Source: Clostridia bacterium
GTDB lineage: Bacteria > Bacillota > Clostridia > RGIG6154
Reading direction: 5' to 3'
NCBI GenBank assembly: GCA_045589295.1
Contig: JAZNOU010000012.1
Span: 183,230 to 247,229 of the forward strand
DNA: 64,000 bases
Shown: one piece after another, positions 19,377 to 28,477 of the stretch
How the letters are laid out: each line of letters starts with the position of its first letter
Position numbering within the stretch: position 1 is the first letter of the stretch
Made by a program: the position numbers and the translations under genes
Notes under the pieces: generated by a model
Told to the model about the DNA's origin: nothing
Seen by the model: only the letters and a program-made list of their open reading frames with translations
Databases searched by the model: none

Positions 19377-21267
19377 AGGACCGAGAGGCAGAATGATGCA
19401 TGGCAAAAAAGCTAAAAACCCTAAAAAGACATTAAAAAGACTTCTTGGAATAATTATAAAAGAGAACAGGTTTAAGTTTATCGGAGTTATAGTAGGAATA
19501 GTTGTAAGCGCACTTACAGGTGTTGCAGGCTCTATGTTTACAGGTGTTTTGATTGACGACTACATTGTTCCCTTAACACGCATGCAAAACCCAGTGTTTG
19601 GCGGACTTTTAAAAGCAATTTTAATGATGGCGGTTATTTATTTCATAGGTCTTATTGCAACTTTTGCATATAACAGATTTATGGTTACAATTACGCAAGG
19701 TACGCTTAAAAAAGTGAGAGATGATATGTTCTCGCACATGCAAACGCTCCCCATCAAGTATTTTGATACTCATTCACACGGCGATATTATGAGCCATTAC
19801 ACAAATGATGCCGACACACTCCGTCAGCTTATTTCTCAGAGTATTCCTCAGATGTTTTCATCATTAATTACTATTGTTTCGGTATTTTGCGCTATGGTGT
19901 CAAAAAGCATATATTTAACTTTATTTGTGCTTGTGTTTATCTTTTTTATGACTAAAATTGCAGGTACTGTGGGACGCAGAAGCGGCAAAAACTTTGCGGC
20001 ACAACAAAAAACCATAGGTAAGCTTAATGGATATATTGAAGAAACAATTCACGGGCAAAAGGTGGTTAAGGTTTTCTGCCATGAAAATGAAGCTAAACAA
20101 AAAATGGAAATGCTCAACGAAGAGCTTTGCCAAAATGCAACAAAAGCTAACACTTATGCAAATATTTTAATGCCTATTATGGGCAATTTAGGCCATCTTC
20201 AGTATGTTTTAATTGCAGTTATCGGAGGACTTTTTGCAATTTATAATGTTGGTGGGGTAACAGTTGGTGTAATTGCGACTTTTTTGCAACTGAGCAAAAA
20301 CTTTTCAATGACAGTTACACAGATATCACAGCAGATTAATTCTGTTGTAATGGCACTTGCAGGTGCTGAAAGAATTTTTGAAGTAATGGACCAAGAGCCT
20401 GAAGCAGATGACGGATATGTAACTTTGGTTAATGCAAAATATGACGGCGAAAATTTGACAGAAACTGAAAAAAGAACAGGCATCTGGGCGTGGAAACATC
20501 CTCACGAAGACGGAAGCATAACATATAAGGAACTTAAAGGTGACGTAAGATTTTATGATGTGGACTTTGGCTACACAGAGGAAAAAGTTGTGCTGAAAAA
20601 TGTTTCTATTTATGCAAAGCCGGGCCAGACAGTTGCATTTGTAGGTGCAACCGGGGCTGGGAAAACCACCATCACTAATCTTATAAACAGATTTTATGAT
20701 TTGGCAGATGGCAAGATAAGATACGACGATATTAACATTAATAAAATCAAAAAGAGAGATTTAAGACGTTCACTTGGTATTGTGCTTCAGGATACAAATC
20801 TGTTTACCGGTACAGTTATGGAAAACATTAGGTACGGAAAACTTGATGCTACAGATGAAGAAGTTTATGCGGCAGCACGCCTTGCAAATGCAGATGGTTT
20901 TATAAATATGCTTCCACAAGGGTATAACACACATCTTTCAGGTGACGGCTTGGGGCTTTCACAAGGTCAGCGTCAGCTTTTAGCTATCGCAAGGGCTGCG
21001 GTAGCAGATGCTCCTGTTATGATTTTGGATGAGGCAACATCAAGCATTGACACAAGAACCGAGGCAATTGTTCAAAGCGGTATGCAAAAGCTTATGAACG
21101 GCAGAACGGTATTTATTATCGCCCATCGACTTTCAACTGTTCAAAATGCAGATGTTATTATGGTATTGGAGCAGGGAAGAATAATAGAGCGCGGTAACCA
21201 CGAGGAATTAATTGCGCAAAAGGGCAAATACTATCAGCTTTATACTGGTGCATTTGAATTGGAATAA
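19360..21267 (+). CDS. Heterodimeric ABC exporter subunit (consensus site)
   Basis: GATGAGKT, LSQGQRQ, ILDEATS, IAHRLST. Confidence 0.92.
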   Translation: MGPMPRGPRGRMMHGKKAKNPKKTLKRLLGIIIKENRFKFIGVIVGIVVSALTGVAGSMFTGVLIDDYIVPLTRMQNPVFGGLLKAILMMAVIYFIGLIATFAYNRFMVTITQGTLKKVRDDMFSHMQTLPIKYFDTHSHGDIMSHYTNDADTLRQLISQSIPQMFSSLITIVSVFCAMVSKSIYLTLFVLVFIFFMTKIAGTVGRRSGKNFAAQQKTIGKLNGYIEETIHGQKVVKVFCHENEAKQKMEMLNEELCQNATKANTYANILMPIMGNLGHLQYVLIAVIGGLFAIYNVGGVTVGVIATFLQLSKNFSMTVTQISQQINSVVMALAGAERIFEVMDQEPEADDGYVTLVNAKYDGENLTETEKRTGIWAWKHPHEDGSITYKELKGDVRFYDVDFGYTEEKVVLKNVSIYAKPGQTVAFVGATGAGKTTITNLINRFYDLADGKIRYDDININKIKKRDLRRSLGIVLQDTNLFTGTVMENIRYGKLDATDEEVYAAARLANADGFINMLPQGYNTHLSGDGLGLSQGQRQLLAIARAAVADAPVMILDEATSSIDTRTEAIVQSGMQKLMNGRTVFIIAHRLSTVQNADVIMVLEQGRIIERGNHEELIAQKGKYYQLYTGAFELE

Positions 21268-21278
21268 AAAGCAAGTAA

Positions 21279-21313
21279 AAAAGGTTGTAAAACTTTACGT
21301 TTTACAACCTTTT
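21279..21313. terminator. Bidirectional terminator
   Basis: aaaaggttgtaaaac/gttttacaacctttt perfect 15-bp stem between convergent genes. Confidence 0.85.
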
Positions 21314-21315
21314 AA

Positions 21316-22140
21316 TTATAGTTTATTTAAATATATTTCTTCACCTGGTTTGATTTCTAATGTAATACCGCTATTTATAAAGTCCTGATCGCTGTAAATG
21401 AGCGAGAGTGTGGTTGCGGTAGGGTTATAGATATAATTACTGTCAACCGACATAATAAGACTTTTAAATGCAGAAATGTAGTCGCAAATTTCAATGTTTG
21501 TAGCAAGCCATATATCATCACACGCAGTTACTTTTTTGAAAATATTTTCCATTACTTCCCAGTTGTTGTCTCTGTCTAATTCATAAGCATGACCATAAAT
21601 ATAGAACATAGTGCATTGGTTAAACAAGGGCGGGTTATATGCTAAGAAACCGTCACAAAGCTCCATAATTTTCGGGTTTAAAACAGAACAGGTCGGATTG
21701 AGATAATACCAATCATTTGGAAGCGAAAATTTTTCAGACTGAACGGCGGTTCTTGCATACTTGATTCCGCAGTTTTCCAAAAGAGCGGGAGTTTTACTGT
21801 TGTATGCAGTATATGGATATGCAAACCCTCTTACGGTCTTTCCAAAAACGCGTTCAAGATTTTCTCTGTCTTTAATTACTTCGTATGTAGCAGTCTGAGG
21901 TGCTACCCTGTCAAGATAAGCGTGAGTAAGGCAATGTACTGCAACTTCGTGACCTGCGTATAGCTCTTTTGCATCTTTCATGCTGGTGAATTTCTTTTCA
22001 CCGCTGTTTAAGTTGAATGTGCCTTTTACACCATATTTGTTCATAAGTGCAATAAGAGGTCTATCCTGTGGCCATCCATCGTCAAAACTTAAAGTAAATG
22101 CTCTTCTTTTTCCACCCGGGAAAATTGGGTAAATTGCCAT
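21316..22140 (-). CDS. Polysaccharide deacetylase (CE4) family protein, cytoplasmic
   Basis: TLSFDDG, HEVAVHCLTH, FAYPY, YIYGHAYE; no signal peptide. Confidence 0.88.
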   Translation of the reverse strand: MAIYPIFPGGKRRAFTLSFDDGWPQDRPLIALMNKYGVKGTFNLNSGEKKFTSMKDAKELYAGHEVAVHCLTHAYLDRVAPQTATYEVIKDRENLERVFGKTVRGFAYPYTAYNSKTPALLENCGIKYARTAVQSEKFSLPNDWYYLNPTCSVLNPKIMELCDGFLAYNPPLFNQCTMFYIYGHAYELDRDNNWEVMENIFKKVTACDDIWLATNIEICDYISAFKSLIMSVDSNYIYNPTATTLSLIYSDQDFINSGITLEIKPGEEIYLNKL

Positions 22141-22198
22141 TTTTATCACCTTTTTTCGTTTTTTTTCATTATATCACAGTTGGTGATGATAGTCAATA

Positions 22199-23104
22199 TT
22201 ACACAAAAAATCTTCCAAAAGAAAAAAGCCCGTAGCCAAGCTGGTTGTCTTTGCCGTAAAAACCCAAATCATCGGCATAAATGTTCATAACAAGGCTAAG
22301 CTCATCAGGGGTTAAAAATCGACCAAAGCGTATTTTAGATTTACCCTGAAGAATTGCGGCTGCACCTGAAATTAAAGGCGTTGCCATTGAAGTCCCGCTT
22401 AAAACCGCATAAGTGTTATTTTTGTAGGTTGAAAGAATATTTGTGCCTGCAGCTGCAACTTGAGCCTTTTGCCCCTGTGAAGAAAAAGGCGCTCTGTTTA
22501 AATTCATATCAACTGCGGTTACTGCTATTACCTTATCATATTTTGCCGGATATCCTATGGTGTCTTCATCATCATTGCCACCATCATTGCCTGCAGCGCC
22601 TACCAAAATAATTCCATTTTCATAGCATTTTCTTATCATCATTTTCTCATATTCGTTGGGTTTGTCTGCTGAAAATGACATATTTATAACGTGTACTTTT
22701 TTTGAAATAAGCCAGTCAAAGCTTTTGATAATGCTTTCTGTTTCTGCGTTACCTTTCTCATTAAAAGCTTTTGCAACATAAAGGTCGCATTTTGGTGCAG
22801 CTCCCACAATGCCTATTCCGTTTTTATTTGCACATATTGTTCCTGCCACGTGTGTTCCATGACCGTTTGTGTCTTTTACATCTTTTTCATCTTTAGAGGT
22901 AAAGTTAATATATTCTTTTATTCTTCCCCTTAAATCCTCGTGGTCCAGATCTATTCCGGTATCAATTATGCCAACCTTTATGCCTTCCCCCATTGTTTCG
23001 TGCCATTCATACGTAACCCCAAGCATTTTTACTCCGTAGTCGATGGTTTCTTTAGGGAGGTGTCCTGAGGTTGCCAGAATTTTATAATCAGAAATTTTAT
23101 ACAT
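22199..23104 (-). CDS. S8 subtilisin-like peptidase without signal peptide
   Basis: Catalytic triad motifs IIDTG, HGTHVAG, SGTSMA, plus AAGN. Confidence 0.92.
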   Translation of the reverse strand: MYKISDYKILATSGHLPKETIDYGVKMLGVTYEWHETMGEGIKVGIIDTGIDLDHEDLRGRIKEYINFTSKDEKDVKDTNGHGTHVAGTICANKNGIGIVGAAPKCDLYVAKAFNEKGNAETESIIKSFDWLISKKVHVINMSFSADKPNEYEKMMIRKCYENGIILVGAAGNDGGNDDEDTIGYPAKYDKVIAVTAVDMNLNRAPFSSQGQKAQVAAAGTNILSTYKNNTYAVLSGTSMATPLISGAAAILQGKSKIRFGRFLTPDELSLVMNIYADDLGFYGKDNQLGYGLFSFGRFFV

Positions 23105-23107
23105 AAA

Positions 23108-23152
23108 AACTCCCCTTTAAAGCCAATATATGACTTTTTAAGGGGAGTTGTG
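23108..23152 (-). promoter_or_regulatory. RBS-sequestering hairpin/terminator containing a sigmaK-like promoter
   Basis: Minus strand: CACA-16 nt-CATATATT; stem aactcccctt/aaggggagtt covers the RBS of the S8 gene. Confidence 0.55.
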
Positions 23153-23171
23153 ATTACTATTAATTTATGAC

Positions 23172-24665
23172 CTATATTTCAAGTGAAGTTTCCGAAACAG
23201 GGAGCATAATATCTGATTTTGCTGATTTGTTCATCACTTCAATTGCAGAATCGCAAATCTTTTGTGCAAGTTTTATTATAAATTCATCGTCCATTAAAAG
23301 TGCAAGGTCACTTTGGTTTGACATAAATGCACTTTCTACAATGATTGAAGGCATATTCGCCTTGTATATAACAATGTAACGTGGATTATCCAAAAGTCCT
23401 GCTTTTCTTAAACCAAGGGATGCGATGTTGTTATAAAAAATTCCTGAAATTTCGCGGTTTGTAATATCAGAAAATTCTGCAGTGGATGATGCGTAGCAAA
23501 TTTGTACACCGTTGGCATCGCTGCTTTCTGCCGCGTTGTTATGGAGTGACATATAGAAATGTGCACCCATTTCGTTTGCTATTTCAGGACGGCGGGATAC
23601 TGAGATGGCTTCATCATCTGTCCTTACCATATAGGTGTTAACTCCATTATTTATAAGCATTTCATTTACTAAGAGAGCAAGTTTGATATTAACATCTTTT
23701 TCGTAAATATCTTTGCCGTTCCATTTCCCTATTGTGCCGACTTCGCTTCCGCCATGACCGGGGTCGATAAACAAAAGCTTGTCTTTGGCAGAATCTTTAA
23801 GGGTTAAGTGGCTTACATATGAGCCAGCCTCTGAAATGTCACTGCCTGCTGTAGTATTATTTTTAAAAGTAATAACAAGATTTTTGCCTGACTTTGAAAG
23901 AGTGTAGTTTGCAAATTCTTTTAAGTCTATAACAATTCTCGTTGTATTTTCTGAGAACTGACCGCTTCTTATACTTGAAATATTAGGGTTTTCACTTTTG
24001 TATGTAGAAGCGTTACCCATAAGTGAGCAGTTTTTAAAGTCAAAAACAATTCTTGCGGGATTTTCAAGTTTTAGAACAGAGGGGGTAATGCTTGATACAC
24101 CGCTTAATGTAATTGTTGTTTGAGTGCTTGTGTCTCTTACTGAAATTTCTGACAAAAGATGCTCATTTTCAAGTTGGGGTATGTCAGGTTCCGGCTCCGG
24201 TTCGGGAGTTGGTTCAGGTTCTGGCTCAGGTAGTGGAGTTATGTCTTTACCTACTATTGAAACGGTAGAGGTGGTATCGTTCCAGCTTACCTGCATATTA
24301 AGCTCGGTTGCAACAAATCTTACAGGAATAAGGGTTCTACCGTTAACGATTTTTGCAGGAACGTCAAGATTTTTGATGTCAGTGTTTACAACAGATATTG
24401 TTTTTTCTGCAAAGAGCATTATCACTGTGGTGTCATATTTAATTGTAACACATTTTGTAGCAGGCTCCCATGACACTGTGGCTCCCAAATCCTCAAACAC
24501 TGCTCTTGCAGGGATAAGCGTTCTTCCGTTTTCAATAATGGGTGCAGTGTCTGTTTTAACTGCTTCGCCGTTTACTTCTAAAGTAATAGCCCTGTCTGCT
24601 AAAACAGGGGTAAATATATTTAAAATAATTACTATTGCCAAAACTAGTGGTTTTATTATTTTCAT
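23172..24665 (-). CDS. N-acetylmuramoyl-L-alanine amidase (copper amine oxidase-N-like + AMIN + Amidase_3 domains)
   Basis: Signal peptide, GRTLIPARAVFEDLG, PE linker, PARIVFD/RIVIDL, IDPGHGG, EKDVN, SLHNN, IVESAF. Confidence 0.92.
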   Translation of the reverse strand: MKIIKPLVLAIVIILNIFTPVLADRAITLEVNGEAVKTDTAPIIENGRTLIPARAVFEDLGATVSWEPATKCVTIKYDTTVIMLFAEKTISVVNTDIKNLDVPAKIVNGRTLIPVRFVATELNMQVSWNDTTSTVSIVGKDITPLPEPEPEPTPEPEPEPDIPQLENEHLLSEISVRDTSTQTTITLSGVSSITPSVLKLENPARIVFDFKNCSLMGNASTYKSENPNISSIRSGQFSENTTRIVIDLKEFANYTLSKSGKNLVITFKNNTTAGSDISEAGSYVSHLTLKDSAKDKLLFIDPGHGGSEVGTIGKWNGKDIYEKDVNIKLALLVNEMLINNGVNTYMVRTDDEAISVSRRPEIANEMGAHFYMSLHNNAAESSDANGVQICYASSTAEFSDITNREISGIFYNNIASLGLRKAGLLDNPRYIVIYKANMPSIIVESAFMSNQSDLALLMDDEFIIKLAQKICDSAIEVMNKSAKSDIMLPVSETSLEI

Positions 24666-24739
24666 AGCACACCTCGCTATTCTAATAATAACAGAAAAAG
24701 TGAGCTATTTCAATATTTTTCACCAAATTTCCATAAATT

Positions 24740-25219
24740 TTATAAAGTGATACTTTCTGTATCGCTGTTGGTTAGTTTAATAAGGTCAGATGGATTAAGT
24801 TCCATTTGATATCCCGGTTTTCCCGCGCTTACCAGCATTGTAGACAGCTCAAGACAGCTTGAGTCAATAACTGTTTTAAACGGTTTTTTCATACCAACAG
24901 GCGAACACCCGCCCCTGATATAGCCTGTGATTTTTGTAATGTCGGAAAGTTTGATAAGCTCAATGCTTTTTTCACCTACAACCCGTGCACACGCTTTAAG
25001 GTCAAGCTCTTTTGCTACGGGAACTACAAAAACAAAATGTTGCTTTGATGCGCCAACGCATACTATGGTTTTAAAAACCATATTTTGTGGCATGCCTGTT
25101 ATTCGTGCAATTTCAGTTCCATCCAAAAAATCTTTGCATTCATAAGTGTGCATAACATAGTCTATATTGTTTGTTTCTAAAATTCTTAATGCGTTTGTTT
25201 TAAAATTTGCTTTTACCAT
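24740..25219 (-). CDS. ybaK: Cys-tRNA(Pro) deacylase
   Basis: KTNALRIL, VFKT, ELDLK, TGYIRGGCSPVGMKK, VSAG. Confidence 0.93.
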   Translation of the reverse strand: MVKANFKTNALRILETNNIDYVMHTYECKDFLDGTEIARITGMPQNMVFKTIVCVGASKQHFVFVVPVAKELDLKACARVVGEKSIELIKLSDITKITGYIRGGCSPVGMKKPFKTVIDSSCLELSTMLVSAGKPGYQMELNPSDLIKLTNSDTESITL

Positions 25220-25281
25220 TTTAATCACCTGATAAAAGTATACAACAGTTTTAAGAAAAATAAAGCGACTTGGAAAGTCGC

Positions 25282-25782
25282 TTAAAAATTGATTATAACT
25301 ATTTTTTTGTTAAGACTTTTTGCGTAGCGGATTGTGTATGCAGTGCCCCCTGTTGGTGGATTATCGCATATGGCAATAACAAGGGAAGAATTATCAACCA
25401 TATATCTGTTTCTGGCAAAGTAGGCCTCTTTCGAGTTTTGTGAGTCAAGGATAATTTGTTCGTCACTTTGTTTTAATATGTTTTTATATCGTTTTTGCTG
25501 GTCAAATGTCCAGGAAACAGGCTGGTCTTTGTAGGGGATTGCACATATAAGTTTGATTTGTGGGTAGTTACTTTTGAGTTCCAATACCGCCTCGGCGGCC
25601 CAGGTGTCAACGCCTAGAGCCATTCCTGTTATAAAGTTTCTATATCCTGCCATAATTGCAAGTTCAATTTTGTCATATAGTTTGTTTTTTAAGTTTACGC
25701 AATCATTGTCCGTTTCATCAAATTTGAAAGAAAAACTCTGAGGCCGTTTTCCTGTGAAACAACAAGTTTTATTTATATCCAT
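25282..25782 (-). CDS. SLOG superfamily (YspA/DUF1273-like) protein
   Basis: CCFTGKRP, FITGMALGVDTWAAE, RNRYMVDNS, GGTAYT. Confidence 0.85.
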   Translation of the reverse strand: MDINKTCCFTGKRPQSFSFKFDETDNDCVNLKNKLYDKIELAIMAGYRNFITGMALGVDTWAAEAVLELKSNYPQIKLICAIPYKDQPVSWTFDQQKRYKNILKQSDEQIILDSQNSKEAYFARNRYMVDNSSLVIAICDNPPTGGTAYTIRYAKSLNKKIVIINF

Positions 25783-25913
25783 AATTCACCTCGTAAAGTA
25801 AGATAAATAAATTATAGTTTATGAGATTATTAAAGTCAACAATATGTTGAAAGTTACACAACGTAACATATTAAATGTAACAAATTGTTACAATAATGTC
25901 AAGAGGTGTTTTG

Positions 25914-26117
25914 ATGATCGGGTTAAAGAAAGTAAGGCAGGAAAGAAACTTAAATCAGCTTAAGGTTGCTATGGATTTAAATATTTCACGCGAAGCACTT
26001 TCGCATTATGAAACGGGAAGACGTGAGCCGAGTATCGATATGTTAAGAAAACTGTCGGCATATTTTAATGTATCAATAGATTATCTTATAAACGGTAAAG
26101 AGTTTTCTGGAAAATAA
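25914..26117 (+). CDS. Small XRE-family HTH regulator
   Basis: LKKVRQERNLNQLKVA...LSHYETGRREP...FNVSIDYLI. Confidence 0.9.
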   Translation: MIGLKKVRQERNLNQLKVAMDLNISREALSHYETGRREPSIDMLRKLSAYFNVSIDYLINGKEFSGK

Positions 26118-26208
26118 CTTTATAGAGCGAAAAATTTACAAAAACATCTTTACAAAATAAAAATATTGTGATATAATACCATTTCGTGAGGGCGATACGC
26201 TTTAACAT

Positions 26209-26284
26209 GCACCATTAGCTCAGTTGGTAGAGCACCTGACTCTTAATCAGGGTGTCCGGGGTTCGAGCCCCCGATGGTGTACCA
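26209..26284 (+). tRNA. tRNA-Lys(CTT)
   Basis: Cloverleaf, anticodon arm cctga-ctCTTaa-tcagg, TTCGA T-loop, encoded CCA; promoter upstream, terminator hairpin downstream. Confidence 0.97.
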
Positions 26285-26392
26285 AAGAAGAACACGATAG
26301 TGTTCTTCTTTTTTTATTCTTTGCGTTGCAAATTGTAGTAATGTGTGATAAAATAAAGTTTAAAGAAAACAAAAAAATGGCTAGGTGGCAGA

Positions 26393-27208
26393 ATGGGGAA
26401 GTTTGAAGGAATTTTAATTTGCACCGATTTGGATGGGACACTTTTTAAAAATGACAAAACCATTTCAGAAGAAAACATAAAAGCGATTGATTATTTTAAA
26501 TCTGAGGGTGGAATTTTTACATTTATAACAGGGCGTATTGCTTTTCTTGCTACCGATGTTTATAATATGATAAAGCCAAATGCACCTGCAGGGTGTATTA
26601 ATGGCGGAGCACTTTTTGACTATTGTAGAAATGAGTATATTTTTAAAACTGCTATTTCAGACAGATGGAGAGAGATTATCCAAGAGGTTGAAGAAATAGT
26701 ACCAGAGGTGGGAATTCAGATAGTTTGTTATGAAAATGTTTATTTTTACAGAGAAAACGATGCTGTAAGGCAATATAGAAAAATGACAAACTTGCCACAC
26801 CTTACTTGCCACTATAATGACATAACAGAGCCTGTAGCAAAAGTGCTTTTGGTTGATTCAAATGAGGATAATCTTAACAAGGTAAAGAAGTTTTTAGAAA
26901 ACCACCAACTTTTTGATGAATTTGATTGTTGTCGTTCTGAAAAAACACTTTATGAAATTCTCCCTAAAGGCGTCAATAAAGGGAATGGTCTTAAAGAAAT
27001 TGCAGCTTTTACAGGTGCAGTTAAAACCATTGCAATCGGCGATTACGATAACGATGTTTTAATGCTTGAAGCTGCAGATATCGGTGTTGCTGTTTCAAAT
27101 GCGTGTGAAAAAGTAAAAAAAGTTGCCAATTACATCACGGTAAGCAACCAAGAAAGCGCAATAGCTAAAGTGATTTTTGATATCGAAAATGGAGAAATAA
27201 AGTTCTAA
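26393..27208 (+). CDS. Cof-type HAD-IIB phosphatase
   Basis: DLDGTL, ITGR, NKG, IGDYDND. Confidence 0.92.
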   Translation: MGKFEGILICTDLDGTLFKNDKTISEENIKAIDYFKSEGGIFTFITGRIAFLATDVYNMIKPNAPAGCINGGALFDYCRNEYIFKTAISDRWREIIQEVEEIVPEVGIQIVCYENVYFYRENDAVRQYRKMTNLPHLTCHYNDITEPVAKVLLVDSNEDNLNKVKKFLENHQLFDEFDCCRSEKTLYEILPKGVNKGNGLKEIAAFTGAVKTIAIGDYDNDVLMLEAADIGVAVSNACEKVKKVANYITVSNQESAIAKVIFDIENGEIKF

Positions 27209-27301
27209 TAGGAAATAAAAAATTAATATATTAAGCCTTAACTCGTGAGGACTGATTGCATTAAATGCGAGAAGGGTATAGCAAAGGAGAAATTATAAAT
27301 T

Positions 27302-28477
27302 ATGGATTTTACAAATCTTAAAACCTGCATGGACAAGCTGATTGATGAACATAATGTTCCGGGACTTGATGTAATTGTAAATTATGATCACAAAGAAGTT
27401 TTTAGGTACACCAGAGGTTTTTCAGACATTGAGAATAAGAGAAAAATGCAAGGCAATGAACTTTACGATATTTATTCCATGACCAAGCTGATTACCTGCG
27501 TTTGTGCTCTTCAACTTGTGGAAAAAGGCAAAATTTCACTTGATGATGAAATTTTTAAATTTCTTCCCGAGTTTGAAAAAATGAAAATATCGGAGCATGA
27601 TTTTGATGACGGAACTAAAGTTATGACAGGTACAGGCGAGGAGAAACAGATAAAAAGCGATTTCACTGGGTTTGCCAAAAATCAAATTACCATAAAGCAC
27701 CTTTTTACCATGTCGGCGGGGCTTGATTATGCCATTGGTTCAGATTATATTCAAAATGCAGTTTCAAGCGGTGTTAAAAGCACCAGAGAAATTGTAAAAA
27801 CATTTTCTCAAACTGTGCTCGGTTTTGAACCAGGAACAAGATTTCGCTACAGCCTTTGTCACGATGTGCTGGGGGCTATAATTGAAGTAGTTTCGGGCAA
27901 AAAGTTTGGCGATTATATGAAAGAAAATGTGTTTGAACCGCTTGGTATGAAAAACACATCTTTTGATGTGTCAACCGATGAAAGAGTTATGGTAAAATAC
28001 CGCAAAGAGAACGGAATTGTAAAAAAAGTTGAACAGGGCAACTGGTTCAGGATTACAGATGAATATCAAAGCGGTGGAGCAGGTCTTGTTTCCACAACAG
28101 AGGATTATGCCTTGTTTTTAGATGCGTTAGCTTGCGGTGGGGTTGGTAAAAACGGCAATAGAGTTCTTTCTGAAGAACTTGTGGAACTTATGGGTACAAA
28201 TCAGATTGGTGGAAAGGCATTGGAGGATTTTGACAAATTAAGAAAAGGTTATGGCTACGGACTTGGGGTTCGCACTCATTTAGATCCGGCATCAAGTGGT
28301 TCTTTGAGCCCTGTAGGTGAGTTCGGATGGGATGGTGCAGCTGGGGCTTTTGCACTCATTGACACTAAAAACAAGCTTTCACTTACATATTTACAGCAGA
28401 TGTATGGTTGGAGTCTAGAAACACAAAATCTTATAAGAAATGCGCTTTATTCTTGCTTAAATAGGGGGATTTTATGA
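27302..28477 (+). CDS. Beta-lactamase-fold serine hydrolase (family VIII esterase-like)
   Basis: SMTK, HLFTMSAG, PGTRFRYS, PLGM, GGAGL, FGWDGAAG; no signal peptide. Confidence 0.88.
   Translation: MDFTNLKTCMDKLIDEHNVPGLDVIVNYDHKEVFRYTRGFSDIENKRKMQGNELYDIYSMTKLITCVCALQLVEKGKISLDDEIFKFLPEFEKMKISEHDFDDGTKVMTGTGEEKQIKSDFTGFAKNQITIKHLFTMSAGLDYAIGSDYIQNAVSSGVKSTREIVKTFSQTVLGFEPGTRFRYSLCHDVLGAIIEVVSGKKFGDYMKENVFEPLGMKNTSFDVSTDERVMVKYRKENGIVKKVEQGNWFRITDEYQSGGAGLVSTTEDYALFLDALACGGVGKNGNRVLSEELVELMGTNQIGGKALEDFDKLRKGYGYGLGVRTHLDPASSGSLSPVGEFGWDGAAGAFALIDTKNKLSLTYLQQMYGWSLETQNLIRNALYSCLNRGIL

Noticed and set aside
24186-24240. Short tandem repeat-like DNA in the amidase gene
   Set aside because: Ordinary Pro-Glu linker between domains.
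25876-25892. Match to the GlnR/TnrA box TGTNA-N7-TNACA
   Set aside because: Not next to nitrogen genes and not seen at the glutamine synthetase promoter; more simply an operator of the adjacent XRE protein.
26224-26441. Short ORFs over tRNA-Lys (and 58890-59129 over tRNA-Ala)
   Set aside because: Translations of tRNA sequence.
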